Below are positions 1-13,140 of a DNA stretch of 64,000 bases, in pieces; positions within the stretch are counted from its first letter, which is position 1, and every line of letters starts with the position of its first letter. Source of the stretch: Takakia lepidozioides (Eukaryota > Plantae > Bryophyta). Where the stretch lies: positions 70,928,001-70,992,000 of the forward strand of contig CM060732.1 of the NCBI GenBank assembly GCA_030704615.1, in the 5' to 3' direction. The position numbers were made by a program, and so were the translations under genes. The notes beneath the pieces are model-generated. The model was not told the origin of the DNA and made no database searches. It saw nothing but the letters and a program-made list of their open reading frames with translations.

Positions 1-3000
1 TCTTGAAGAGTAATGTTTCACAAAACTTACAGAACACAAAAAGGTCCATTGCATACAATCATAAGATACACAAGATCTGTAATCCTTAATCACCACCAGA
101 GAGTGTGAAAGAGAGCCAGACCTCTGATTTGAAGAGCTTGTCAAACGACCGAACCTCCACCTTCAATGGCTCCACGTCAGGTGACGGCTCAGCCACCCAG
201 TGTATCACACCCTGCAAGAGGCCACAAATAAGGATGTCGGCAGACATACTAATTAATGAATGAGCATACAAAGTGCCTTCCAGCATGGCCCACCATTGAA
301 GCTTAGGCCGTGGTGGATAGTGGATACCTTTGGCTTGCTGCTCTTGGCACGGTCATACTCTACATGGAGCTCCACAACGGTCTCATTGTCCTCTGCCAAC
401 ATAACATTTGTACACTTCATGGGATACGCGTATCTGCATATAAATGCCCATCAACCACCACACAAAGGCACACAATTTCCCCAGAATGCATACAATTCAG
501 CATCTCTCTGATAGAACTAATGAGAAGATGTGCACAGCACTTGGGTAGAGTATCTAATAATTGACAATCCAGATTTAGTCAGGATGGCACCTTTTGCTTT
601 AATATGGGATGTGTGAGCATACAAGCTAAATACATACTTAAATATGAAGAGGAGAATTGGGAGACGAACCTTAGTAAAACACTTTTCCCTGGTGCAAGGC
701 CATAGTAGTCTTTGGAGTCTTTCAACCGAAAATCTGACGATTCTATGTACAACACCCTTGAAAACGGTACCTGCAGGAAGAAAGTAGTTTCCCAAAAAAT
801 TTCAGATGATAACATCAAGGTTCAAACAAAAAAATTGCCACTACTGATCACTTCACCGAGATGCATTTAGTCCCATCTCAGTGTTCCCTTGTTGAGATCA
901 ACTCTAGCATTGGGAAATTTGTAGTTATCTACCAAAACTTCACTCCTACACATAGCCCATTACCAGGCACTGGCTCACAGACAATTTACCATCAAGCTTC
1001 CTTTCTTTGGAGAATTAAAATGTCTATATAACTGGTATTTAGCAAATAACCTTGCAGTCTATGGTACAAGGATTTCTCTTGAGAGGAATCCTCCCCTTTA
1101 CGGAGCATCTTCCATTAACTGGTGACGAAAGACAGACAAATTAAGACCAGAAACAAATCCAGATAGAAGCTGATGTTGCATATCCAACCCAATCAGCCAG
1201 GTCCAAGCTATTCCAACTAGAGCTGTGACATCAGAGTACAAATGCAAAACGCAAAATTTGACGATTAGGGTGTAGCCTAAAATAGACTACCTACCTTGTA
1301 AGTGCCTGCTGGGTCTCCATCCCTGGCATCCGGCCAGATTTTGGCCTCCAGCTCTTCCACCATGCCCTCTTTAAGATTCATGATTACCACCTGCAAGCCT
1401 CTCCCATTCATTCACTGCACGTGCCTAGCAGAACAGAAACATTTCACACCATTTCAACAGAGCAGAAAGAAAAGAACTTTACAACATCCACGCAGAGCAA
1501 GAGAATGTACTCATAAGACGTTGTTTGCCGTAGCCTTGTGGCCATTGCAGAGCAAGAGAGAGAAAGAGAGGAATGAGAGAAGAAATCTATTACCTCAATG
1601 CCAGGCCAAGATGGAGGCAGTTGAACAAGAAGATACATAAATAATGGACCTCTTAGGCAGACGACAAACAAACATAGGCAAATAACGTGCAACTACAAAC
1701 ATTGACACACCTTTAGAGGATTGAGGACGACCATGGTTCGGGCTGCATTTTTGTTCAAATCATCCCTCACGTAGTGCTCTAGCAGCTCCATTCGAATTAA
1801 GTTATCACTGTTTCTCAGAAGCATTTGTAGAAGATCCAAATAAACAGCCAATTCAAAGTAAGCACTTTCAACCTAGTTGGAATTCTTCATTTACTGGTGG
1901 ACTTGACTACTGGGACATTATTGCATTGAATGTAAGAGGAAAACCAAATTAGGATGCATCTGAATGCAAGCACATCCACCAGACCAATCAAATGACTTCC
2001 TCGCACTTTGTGGAAGGGCCACTCCAATTTCCTGAATAGCAGCAGTGACTTTCTGAGATATTTACAACAGCATGGCTGCCAATATCTCCACAGATAAAAC
2101 ATTGTTCAAGCTATTACACAGTTCAACATTTCAACCCACTAAATTCCTTGCAGACACATGCTACTTTATTTTGACTGCTGATTCCTTGCTACAATTGGCC
2201 CCCACAGCATACATGTCGATGGAGCTTGACTATACAACCATCACACATAAATACCAATCCTTTATAATGCAGAAACATTTATGGCTCAATGCATCAGCAT
2301 TTTCTCAGAAACTACATACCTGCGCGTGATACCAATGCCTCGACAAAAGGCATTGATGGCTTCAGGAGTGAAACCCCTTCTTCGGAGACCAGCGAGTGTA
2401 GGAAGGCGAGGATCGTCCCACCCATCGACATAACTCTCCGTGACAAGCAGATTCAGCTGATTCCAGAATAGAATTTAGACTTTACTAAGAACAGGTAAAT
2501 CATTTCTAACACAGGGCCCATCAACAAAAGAGCCAGTTACGAGACTCTTTGAATTCTTCTAACTAACGTGCAAATGGTCGAGGATGGGGCCTCCTAGGAG
2601 GCAGTTGCTAGAAAGAAGCCATGGCATTGATTTGGTAGATCTAGCACAAACATCCAGAACAACCTCACCTTTCGTTTCGACATAACTGTGTTTGACATGC
2701 CCAGACGGGAATACTCCCACACATATGGAAGGTACAAATCCAGTGCCTCCAGTAACCAGTAGTATGATGCTCGCCGTGACTCAAACTCAAGAGTACAAAG
2801 CTGCACAGATGACGACAAAAGTGCCATTTCTTTCAGTAATTGCTAGCACAGGGTACAATGAAGCTGCAAAGAAGTCAAAGATCATGCCACTTTTCCAGCT
2901 GTACCTCACATTGCTCCTCTTGTCAACTTCCACCGCTTGGCAGAAACTAAAAAGACAATAATGTCCAGGGCAGTACATATGGCAACTTGCATATCAAACG

Positions 3001-6000
3001 AGCAACATGAATCTTCCAACATACAGAAGGTAGAAGCACAGTACATGGTGTACATGACAGAGGATGGAAGTTAAGCAAATAACTCATGAGATTGAAACTC
3101 AACATCAAAAGGGTACTGTAGTTCCAGATGTCCTCATGTCACCTGGCATGGCAGGACCCTCATAGTGATGGATTTGTGGGTTGATTTTCAGATGAGACAG
3201 ATATGATTGGCATGCTTAAGTTCTTACGCATGTACCCATGGACAAGAGAAAGGGACTCACAGAGTGGGTGATGTTCTCAAGACAATCCACAATACAATGC
3301 GTATAGTCGTAGCTGGGGTATATGCACCATTTGTCACCTGCATGTGGGTGTGGGGCGAACTGGACATGGAGTATGCACAGAGAAAATGTCACTTGCTTTT
3401 AGTAGTTTATGTTCACCGAGGATCACTCAGACATGTGGAATTGCTGGATGCAAGCATAAATGCCCATGTTGAAGTATCAACTAAGAGCTCTTAATTCTAC
3501 CTGCAAATGCCTTTCGTACACTAACTCATTGAGGAGACTGTACCTTGGAAATGTGAAATATGAATAAAGTGTCACCCTCAAGCTGGCTACTCTGCAGGGT
3601 GAGCCTGAACTAGCCTGGCCAACCAGTCATCTGATCGGCTTTGATTGAGATCCCACTTCTCTTACCTTTCTGTCATGGTTGCCATAATAATTCATTTCTC
3701 TTCCCCCAGGAAACATGTAGTCAACAGCAATCTACCATGATTCAGAGAGAACAGAGAATCTTTTACCTTGATTCTGTACGCAATGAGATCATACATGTTG
3801 AAATTGTCATTTTTCATGTCCTGTTTCATGCGCAATGTGGCATTGCCTTCATCTATCAGACCACACCGCATGTCGCAAAAAAGCTGAAGTGATTCTTCTA
3901 TTGGGCGGTCTCTCCAAGGACTATCCAACTTCTGTTCTCGATATGATTTGATCTCATCAGCTGTCTGAAACCATAAAACCAATGTGGCCAATTGGTCAGG
4001 TAGCAAACTTAGAACCCTAAATCTCTGGAAACAGAGCAAGCAAGAAAGGAAGAATGAAAGAATGACAAACAGAGATGAAGGGAAAATAAATAGAAGTTTA
4101 CCTGATGATCCACATAGGCACAGCCTTTCTTGATCAACTCAACAGCCAGATCGTAGAGCTTCTGAAAGTAGTCACTACTGTAGGTCACCTGCCCATCACA
4201 CAGGGGAGAAAGTTCACTAAACACCCCAAAAAAAAACCCTGAGGTACGGAGGTTTCCACCCAATTACATAAGCAACCCCATAAGCTCCAGGGCCAAGTGC
4301 ACTCAAGAACACTGGAATATTGATGAGGGAGCCCTAAATGCCAGAACACCCTCTATGCCACAACCAATCACACCCTAAAAGGGACCAACACTCTGATCCA
4401 AAACCTTGAATCACAGTCCATCCAAAATTCCACCAATAGATCCTCAACTCTCAGTCAGTAAGTGAGGAAGCACTGTAAGTTACCCAAACCACCTTACATC
4501 AGATGGAAGAAATGAAATGGTACTTTATAACGTCCGTGGAAAGCTCAAAGAGCTTATGGGACAAAATGGAAAAAACATGAGAGAGGAAACAAAACCAGAG
4601 CCAAAAAAACTACTGCTCGAGGGATTGTCTAAGGGTGAAGGCCCGTGCAGGTAGGCTGCCAAGCATTTCTGATCCTCATAGTGGAAGACTTCAGTGAGAG
4701 ATTGAATTCCGCGGAATAGACAGTGGAATCTCACGGATCTCGTAATATAGAAAGAAAGAATTAAATACATCCTCAGCAGTGCCAGAAATAAATGTGCCAA
4801 GTTATTTCAAGCACCAGGATGAAGGTAAAGTGTCACCTTGAAAGGCTTCCATCCCAGCCAGTTGACAATTTCCTGGATATGGTCAATGTACTCCTGCTTC
4901 TCTGCCTCGGGGTTGGTGTCGTCAAATCTGCACCAAGAGTTTGACCATCAGCTAGAAAATGAATCGAATGTATCATAAAGCTGCATCATGTTGCCAAGAA
5001 CTTCATGTTGTCACCTTAAGTAGCAGTCTCCATCATTTTCTTTGGCAAGTCCAAAATCCACAAACATGGCCTGCACGATATCCCCCCCATACAAGCCAAA
5101 TTCCCAAGGGCATGAACAAGTTATAAAACAGCCCAAAGTCTATTGGCAGAGGCTCACACACAGGAAGGAGGCAAGCATGTAGGAAAGTAAATAGCTTTAA
5201 AGCAACTCAGTGTGTCTATGAGGTACAGGAACGAGGTAAAATGATGTGAGACTGTCAGTCATCTGGAGGATGGGTTACCTTGGCATGGCCAATATGCAAG
5301 TAGCCATTGGGCTCTGGAGGGAACCTCGTGAGGACCCTGCCACCAGTTTCCTTCAGATGCTTGTCTAGTTTTTCGCGTGAGTTATGTGGTCTCCAAATGG
5401 TGCCATCACTGAAGAAAATTTCAGTATGTACCTACTCAAATAACACCAGAACAATGAGAGCCTTACACAGAAGTTGAACAGAGGTAAAACAGATCATGGA
5501 ACAATGGGATGTGAGAAAATCTGTTTTGCTTCACTTCACAAACCAAAACTCTCCAATAATTATTACACTGATTTCCAAGACAAAAGCCTTACCAAAATGT
5601 TGTCCTGTGGCTTGGGGAAGATGGCATAAGGATTGCTCTCCTCTGGAGCTGGTGCCGATGAAGGTGCCTGGTCAAAACCTACTCCAGAACTCACTTCCTG
5701 CAATTACCACAAGACAGCATCAAACTTAACCAGCCAACGTCATGGGTCTGCTCGCCTGTGTGACAGAATCATAGCCTAAACTGTACTGTGGAATAATTTA
5801 AGATATCATCATCTTGGCCACATCTATACCCTCTCTTTCTCACTGGTAGTCATTGCCTTGAGCTCTAGTATTGTCCTCCATCCACTACCCACAAATGATG
5901 CAAGCTTTTGCAAACTTTCACAGCCTACTCTGAGCAAGTAATGTAAGTGACACCTCACCAGGCAGGACATCAAGCTGAGATTCAAACTAAGACTTAGGTT

Positions 6001-9000
6001 GCTAATATCTGTAGAGTAGGATAACTCAGTTTTGAATGACGGAGCCCATAACCATGGGACCCATCTCCACTTGGGGGTATTATTATGAGGATACTGAATA
6101 ATTTTTCTTTATAATTGTTCTGGATGAGATGCCCTCTATGAAAAAACATCAAATTTGCTTCATCCAAGAAGTTGAGATGACACTGCCAGCTGTAGCCCTC
6201 ATTCTCGAACAAAAACTCACAAAGAGCTCTTGAAACTTACTTAAGGCATCACATAGGGCAAACTGACAACAAACCTATAGGTATGACAACCAAGCATCTC
6301 ATCTTCTTTCTATCCCCTCTGCACTTCAATGTTTTCATCAATCAACTCCTCGAGGATGTGGAAAGTGAGGGAATTGGGTTAAGGGTGGGTGATACCACCA
6401 TACCAGCCCTTATGTTTGCGGATGACTTTGCAGGCATAGGGGAGACTCCAACCAATCTCCAGGAGTTGATTGATTGCGCGAAGAGATACTTTGATCTTTG
6501 GGGGCTAGAGGCTAACGTCAGCAAATGTGCAGTGGTAGCATTCAACGACGGAGGAGAGGGAGGAAGTGATCTTAAGTGGCAGTGGGGTAGCCAAGAGATC
6601 CCGGTCCTTTCCTACACTTACCTGGGCGTTGAGTTTTCCTCCAATTGTAATTGGGATGCACATATCCGGAAAGTTGTTCAAACTGGCAAGGGCAAAGCTC
6701 TGGGGCTCACTAAATTTTTCCACTGCAGAGGGGTCAACTCTGAGGTTAAGAAAACCATGCTTTGTCGCGTTATTAGACCTGCCTTGGAGTACGGATCTGC
6801 AATATGGGTTGATAACTCCAACCAGGCTAAGTCTCTAGAATCCATTCAAGTGGGGGTGCTTAAGGAGTGTATGTCAGCATGCTCCAAAACAGCCAATGTG
6901 GCTGTTCGGGGTGAGTTTGGCATTCCGTCCTTAAGCTCCCGACGAGATGAATTCAAGGTCAGATGGTGGGGTCAGCTGCAACATATGTCCAACACCAGAT
7001 ATCCTAAGTTAATCGACTCTATATCTTGGAAACAGGACTGCCCTGTCAAACAGGCTAAGTCCTGGCAGAAGAGAGTACAAGAGATTCTCAAGGACCTGGA
7101 TCTGGATCCACAAGTCTTGACCCTGCTGGATAAATCTGACTTAGAGGCTGTAGTGGCCAAAGCCATGTCTGTTGCTGTGACATGGCTACAGACATGGCTA
7201 CAGCCATGTTGCAAAGACATGTCTGTTGCCCTCAATTGCCCGTTGTGTGGGCAACCTGAAGACAGTATTCATTTTCTGATACACTGTCCGGGGTTCTCTC
7301 ACCAAAGAGATGCTCTCTTCAAATCTATCAAGGGAATTGTGCCTGTACCTCTGTTTACCAACTTTGAAAGTCGCGAGGCTGAGCCAAAAGCCCAGGCCCT
7401 TCTGAGGCCTAGTTTTTGGGCACATCACACACAGCAGACTGATGCTTGTGTGAAGGGATTTCTAGAGGATATCTGGAAAACCCGGATCAATTCTATGTAT
7501 CAAGGTAAGTCTTACTACCAACGTCAGCCCCTGACAGGGGTAGGTTCTGTCCCTTTGGTTTCCGCTCAAACTGGGCGCGGGGTCAATGGCCACAAGGCTA
7601 CGGCAAATAACGCTTATGAGTACATTCTATCTAACGAAAAAACTTAAACCTTAGAGAGGAAAGGAGAAAGCACCTCAACTTTCATTTTCTTCTCTTTTTT
7701 CTTCTTCACAAGCTTTTCTTCATCTGCAGCTGTCTTCTCCCCCAATAAATCGTTTATCTGCTTGTCCAATTCTTCCTGTCAATCCATCCCTTGAAGTGTA
7801 AATCACCTGTTGTGAGTGAGATACTCTCTCATCATCAACCTGAGCTTGCCTTAGCCTTAATCCGTAGAGCCATGTGCAACTGAAACTCAAGGAAGACAGA
7901 TACACAGAGGTGACAGAAGTAGGAGGGAATGAACTACCTTTGAAAGCTTCCCATCTGCCCATGGCAGCAGCATACGCACCTGGGCGAGCAGGATACCAAC
8001 TACAACCAAGACAGCGCACAAAGAGCCCCCTTAGGCATGCACTACTAAGCTAGAATGTGATAGATAATCGTAATGGGAGAAGTCAGGCAAGGGGGCAAGG
8101 AGAGGCAGCTTACACCCCATTGGTAAGGGTGAGTACTCACTATTGATACGGTAACGTTCAGCCAGTAGGAGATCCCGATTTCTACTGACAACATCCCTGA
8201 CAGCTGCCTTGATATCTGCTGGGGACACATCCACACCTGTCTCGACCACAAACCACTTGTTGCTAAGTAGCATTACTTGTAAATTCTCCAACACAACTGT
8301 CGATTGAGGATGCTAGATTGTGTTTACTAGATAACAGTCCTTGAAGTATTGACCTGGTCCAGAAAGCTCAGGATGGGCCAAGTGCTAACACCACAAAACC
8401 TACGACACTGGCAGGTAGTGACAAACGTAGAACTGCAAACATGGCATGGGTGGAGCTCATAACAACCCTTGAAGGCATCGCACATCTCCCAAAGTGTGGC
8501 TGACACAGCCTCTTTACAGACGAGCAGTGATTCATCAGCAGAGACTTGGTGACCCACATTGACATTATAAAGTCTCTCTCACCCCATTTCCCACACTTCA
8601 GGAAGAAGTCAAGACCACATACCAACACCACACTTCTTCTCAAATTCAGTGACATCATATGAGTCAGGCCCAATAGTAGCCAGATAGCCAAAAGACGCTT
8701 CCAACTGAGGGATGGTTTTTATCTGTATCACAGATAGCCAAAATATTAGAGCTAAGAACTCTGAAATGGCTTTAGGTGCAATCATACAGGATTTGCCAAT
8801 GAGAAATATGCCCAAGTGGACGAAAATGACGGCCGAAAGCAAAAGATGTCAGGGGGCTAAGCAACCCCAAGTTGCCTTGTCCTCTACAATGAGGAGACTG
8901 GCAGGTTTGTTCTCCAAAGAAAAGAATTTCAATCCCATACAGTATTGGAAGGTCTGTAATCAAGTTCTGCCTACTGGAGAACCTTGTTGTTGGTAATGTA

Positions 9001-12000
9001 CATGCACAGGGACGGTCGATGCTTCAGAGCATTGGCTGGGTACTTCGTGGCTACCTGCATGCAACAGCCCAGCCATCTTGTATTCTGCATGTCTTCTCTC
9101 CAATTAAGCAGCTTGGTGCAACAGTGAAAAAGCAATGAAACAGTCTAGGAGAAAACCGCATCTATGTAGTAACAGTGCTGATGTAGAGCCACTCACTGCT
9201 TAAATTTTGTGAGCCATCCAGCAAAAGCACACAGTAAGAAAGATAAACTATCTGTCATTCAATTATACATGAACGACTTATGTTCAACTATACACAATGC
9301 AAGAAAGAGATATTAAGAAAAAACCTCTTACTGTGTAAAGCAGGTTGCCTATAGACTTTTCACAACCATGTTCCACTCCAGCCTGTGGACATGCTCCCCA
9401 ACAATACTCACAGAACATGAACACAGGAAACTTTCCACAATCAAGTGCAGTAGTTATGGCAAGTAAAGCTAAATTTCCCATATTTGAAGTACAGATTACA
9501 TTGAACCCCTCTGCCACATTTACATCTCTCTCTCTCTCTCTCTCTAATCAAGTTTTTGGGCAAATCACACACAGCAGATTGATGCTTGTGTGAAGGGATT
9601 TCTAGAGGATATCTGGAAAACCCGGATTAATTCTATATATGATGGTAAGTCACACTACCAACGTCAGCCCCTGACAGAGGTAGGTTCTGTCCCTTTTGTT
9701 CCCGCTCAAACTGGGCGCGGGGTCAATGGCCACAAGGCTACGGCAAACAACGTCTTATGAGTACAATCTCTCTAATCTTGGGTAGAATATTTCAGGTGGA
9801 AAAAAAGTGAATTTTCCTATGGATGCCCTGAAAATGACAAGTAGACACTTGCTGCAAAACTCATTCCCTGGCCAGGGCCTTGTGGGATATATTGAATGCC
9901 CATGTGCGGGTTTGAATTTAGGGTTTCCGAACCCTTACCCTACAATTTAGTACTCATGTACGAAAGTTGTTTGAGTACGAATGGCGGCTACCTGAAACTA
10001 CAGGCAAAGTGTCGGGCCGACGGCTCACCGAGCTTTGCCTTCAAGATATTTTCAATAGGGCTGCGGCCAGCAAGGTTTAAGCGCAACCTTTCCTTCGTTG
10101 TGTTGGTCAAGCTCCCTATGCAGTTATAGGGAAGCCATGGCTCATTTGCAGACACAAACAGGAAGTTACACTCAGTCTTGCATGTGCTTTGCAATTACTT
10201 GTTGTTGCGTGAATGGATATGCGCAACGTTGTACACTGGTCTGCCTCCGACTTTCAAGAATCTGTGCAATGTCACACCTTTCCTATTACTCTTGCAATCT
10301 TTCACTTGCTTAGATCTGCATGTGGGGCAGCGATAGCAAGCGTGAAGACCTGCTACTCACCTCGTGCACCCTCACTAACACGTATTCTGTTGGATATGGT
10401 GGTTTTTGGGATGGGCAAAGGTGAGGGTCCTTCACCTTTCATGGGTCTCTAAGCTATATGTGTAAGTCTTGCTACAGAGTACATAGGGTAGATGATGGAA
10501 ATCACCTATTGCATGAGGTGCCACTGCCTTAGGACGAATGGCACAATGCTTGATGACAGCCTCATCTTTCTGTGTGGGAAGTATTTCACGGAAGTAATCT
10601 ACCCTTGGATCAGAGGGTTCTGAAGACCCATCTTGACTTCGATCAATCTCAGTTTACAGCCCAGCTGAGTGGTTTCATTTTGAATACTGTGTTTGTTTTG
10701 TTTTAAGACATGGCAGTACACCCCATTCGGGCTATGGTGGAAGACTTGGATTTGTCTCAATTTTGACATGTGATTTTCAGGGAAGTATGTGTTGACACTA
10801 CTTTGATGAAACCGAATTATCCTCATAGAGAAGTACTATGCTCAGACATTTACTGTGGGCAGAGATCTCTATGGTTTTAAGCAAGCACTGGTTTGCTTAA
10901 GTAAAGGCTAAGGCTGACTTGGAGGTCACTGACCTACAGGCCACATGCTAAAAAGCATGAACATTGGTTTTCCGGAAATCCCAGTCTGACAGTACAGTGA
11001 ATATGAGTATTGTTCAGTACGATGTCTGTCACTATGGAGAAAGGTGGTTTTTTGAAGGGTTTCTAACAAACCCCACCACCCACCCCAATCACCCAGAAGT
11101 GTGAAACAAATCAGGAACAAGACTGTGGTTTAGGAGAAGGGTGATGGTGCCTTGGTAACAATGCTGTATTTTGTCTTTGTTTTGGGAAGAAACAAAAATG
11201 GTCTGGTCTAGCAACCTTTCTTGTCAAGACAAGCCCTATCTCTCTCTCTGTTCCAGGGGTTGATTACTCCAACCAGGCTAAGTCTCTAGAATACGTCCAC
11301 AAGTGGGGCTGCTCAAGGATTGCATGTCAGCATGCTCCAAAACAGCTAATGTGGCTGTTCCGGGTGAGTTTAGCATTCCTCCCTTAAGCTCCCGACGAGA
11401 TGAATTCAAGGTCAGATGGGGTCAGCTGCAATGTATGAATAATATCAGATATCCTAAGTTAATCGACTCTATATCCTGGAAGCAAAATCGAGGGTAGAAG
11501 AGGGTAGAAGAGAGGGTAGACGAGATTTTCAAGGATCTGAAGCCAAGTCTGCAAGTCTTGACCCTGCTGGATAAATCTGACTTAGAGGCTGTAGTGTCCA
11601 ACGCCATGTCTGTTGCCGAGAAATTGTCTGATGAAAATGACGTTACGCAGAAAACTTCCCTGAACTTGTTCCCGGTCTGTGATATGGGGGAGGCAATCAT
11701 GCATGATCTCAACAGTTTACCCACTCTTGGCGCTAGACTGAAATTTAAACTCGGGGCGGGAAGCCTACCTTTGAGCAGCCAAAAGATGCAGAGAGGAAAG
11801 GGGGATTGCAAATGCCCGTTGTGTGGGCAACCTGAAGACAATATCCACTCTCTGATTCATTGTCCTGGGTACTCTTGACCAGAGAGACACCATCTTCAAA
11901 TCTATCAAGGGATTTGTTCCTGTACCAACTTTGAAAATCTGGAGGCTGAGCCGAAAGCCCAGGCACCTTTGGGGTCTAGTTATTGGGCAAATCATCCACA

Positions 12001-13140
12001 GCAGATTGATGCTTGTGTGAAGGGATTTCTAGAGGATATCACTCGGATCAGTTGTCTGTTCCAAGGTTAGTCATACTATCGGCGTCAGCCCCTGCCAAAG
12101 GTAGTTTCCGTCCCTTTGTGTTCTGCTCAAACTGGGCGCGGATCAATGGCCACAAGGCTACGGCAAACAACGTCTTATGAGTACATTCTCTCCCTCTCTC
12201 ACCAACTTTCAAAATCTTGAGAAGAGCCTAAAGCCCTGACCCTCTTGGGGTCTAATTGCTAGGCACCTCTCACACAGCAAGTTGATGCTTGTGTGAAGGG
12301 CTTTCTAGATGATATCTGGAAAACCCAAACTAATTGTCCATCAAGGTAAGTCACACTACCAGAGTGAGCCAAAGATAGTATATGTTCCCTTCTCTTCCAC
12401 CCAAACTGGGCCCGGTGTCTATGGCAACAAGGCTACGGCAAACAACATCTTATGGGTACATTCTCTCCCTTTGCTGGATTTGGTTTTCTAGTTTATTGCT
12501 GGGACTCTCTCTCTCTCTATCTAATACTATTGAAAAGAACATGGTTCCTGCACCTCTGTTTACCAACTTTCAAATCTCGAGGCTCAGCCTAAAGCCCTGG
12601 CCCTGGTGGGATTGATGCCTCTGTGAAGGGCTTTCAAAAGGATATCTTGAAAACCTGAACTAATTGTCTATACCAAGGTAAGCCCCACGCCCCTCACAAA
12701 GGCAGTTTCTGTTCCCTTTCGTTCCGCCCAAACTGGGGGCGGGGTGTATGGCCACAGGGCTCCGGCCCACACACACAAGCAATGCTCGCTCGGAAGCTCT
12801 AAGTGAGCCAGTATTATGGACTGTCCCATCAGTGGCAGCCCTACTTTGTGAGAAGATAGTGTCCATAACCACCAGAAAATGTGAACCAACGTCATAGACA
12901 GATGTGCATGGATTGTTCCTTCTGGGCACGGACACCATAAAATGAAACATGGCCTTCCTTCCAGCATCTCAAAGACGGAGATAGAGAGCAGCAAACCTCA
13001 TGAGCAACATCTTTTAAATTAGTTGTTACTTTGGCATTTGCAACAGCATTTTCCGCGGTCTTGGTATCCAATCCAAGCTTCTTGAACAGCTCGAGCGCCG
13101 CCTTATCCCGCACCTCCTTGCCCTCTTTATCAGCCGGCAT
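1..13140 (-). CDS. GlnRS: Glutaminyl-tRNA synthetase (glutamine--tRNA ligase), multi-exon; 3' end lies outside the window
   Basis: GT-AG exons read on the minus strand (approximate): 13140-12997 MPADKEG..DVAHE; 9382-9332; 9054-8983; 8722-8623; 8236-8141; 7999-7938; 7776-7675; 5697-5593; 5431-5279 ([17 protein letters not shown], class I HIGH motif); 5071-5015; 4927-4838 ([10 protein letters not shown]); 4188-4102; 3965-3767; 3362-3260; 2802-2669 (LCTLEF..VMSKRK, KMSKS-equivalent); 2456-2321 ([11 protein letters not shown]); 1809-1710; 1391-1296; 771-670; 431-330; 212-122 (GVIHWV). Confidence 0.97.
1505..1546 (-). mobile_element. Ultra-short 5'-truncated LINE 3' tail (~42 bp) in a GlnRS intron
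   Basis: Reverse complement of the family tail AATGGCCACAAGGCTACGGCAAACAACGTCTTATGAGTACAT, flanked by a 13 bp direct repeat GCAGAGCAAGAGA (1492-1504, 1547-1559). Confidence 0.85.
6310..7630 (+). mobile_element. 5'-truncated non-LTR retrotransposon (RTE/RTEX-like LINE) in a GlnRS intron, antisense to the host gene
   Basis: ORF 6283-7647 has RT motifs [18 protein letters not shown] and YTYLG, a C-terminal CPLC..HFLIHC zinc knuckle, and ends in the family tail ..TATGAGTACATTCT. Confidence 0.9.
9548..9766 (+). mobile_element. 5'-truncated LINE 3' end inserted in a (TC)n tract
   Basis: Near-identical to 7410-7625; flanked by TCTCTCTAATC on both sides; (TC)n run at 9524-9545. Confidence 0.88.
11258..12775 (+). 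mobile_element. Three stacked 5'-truncated copies of the same LINE in GlnRS intron 1 (~11258-12190, ~12200-12465, ~12535-12770)
   Basis: ORF fragments [19 protein letters not shown] and [23 protein letters not shown] match the 6283 and 15603 ORFs; each copy ends in a variant of the family tail and is bordered by TC-rich runs. Confidence 0.85.

Noticed and set aside
6283-7647. 454 aa ORF as a nested host gene
   Set aside because: It is a truncated LINE RT; the ATG comes from flanking intron sequence and near-identical copies occur elsewhere in the window.
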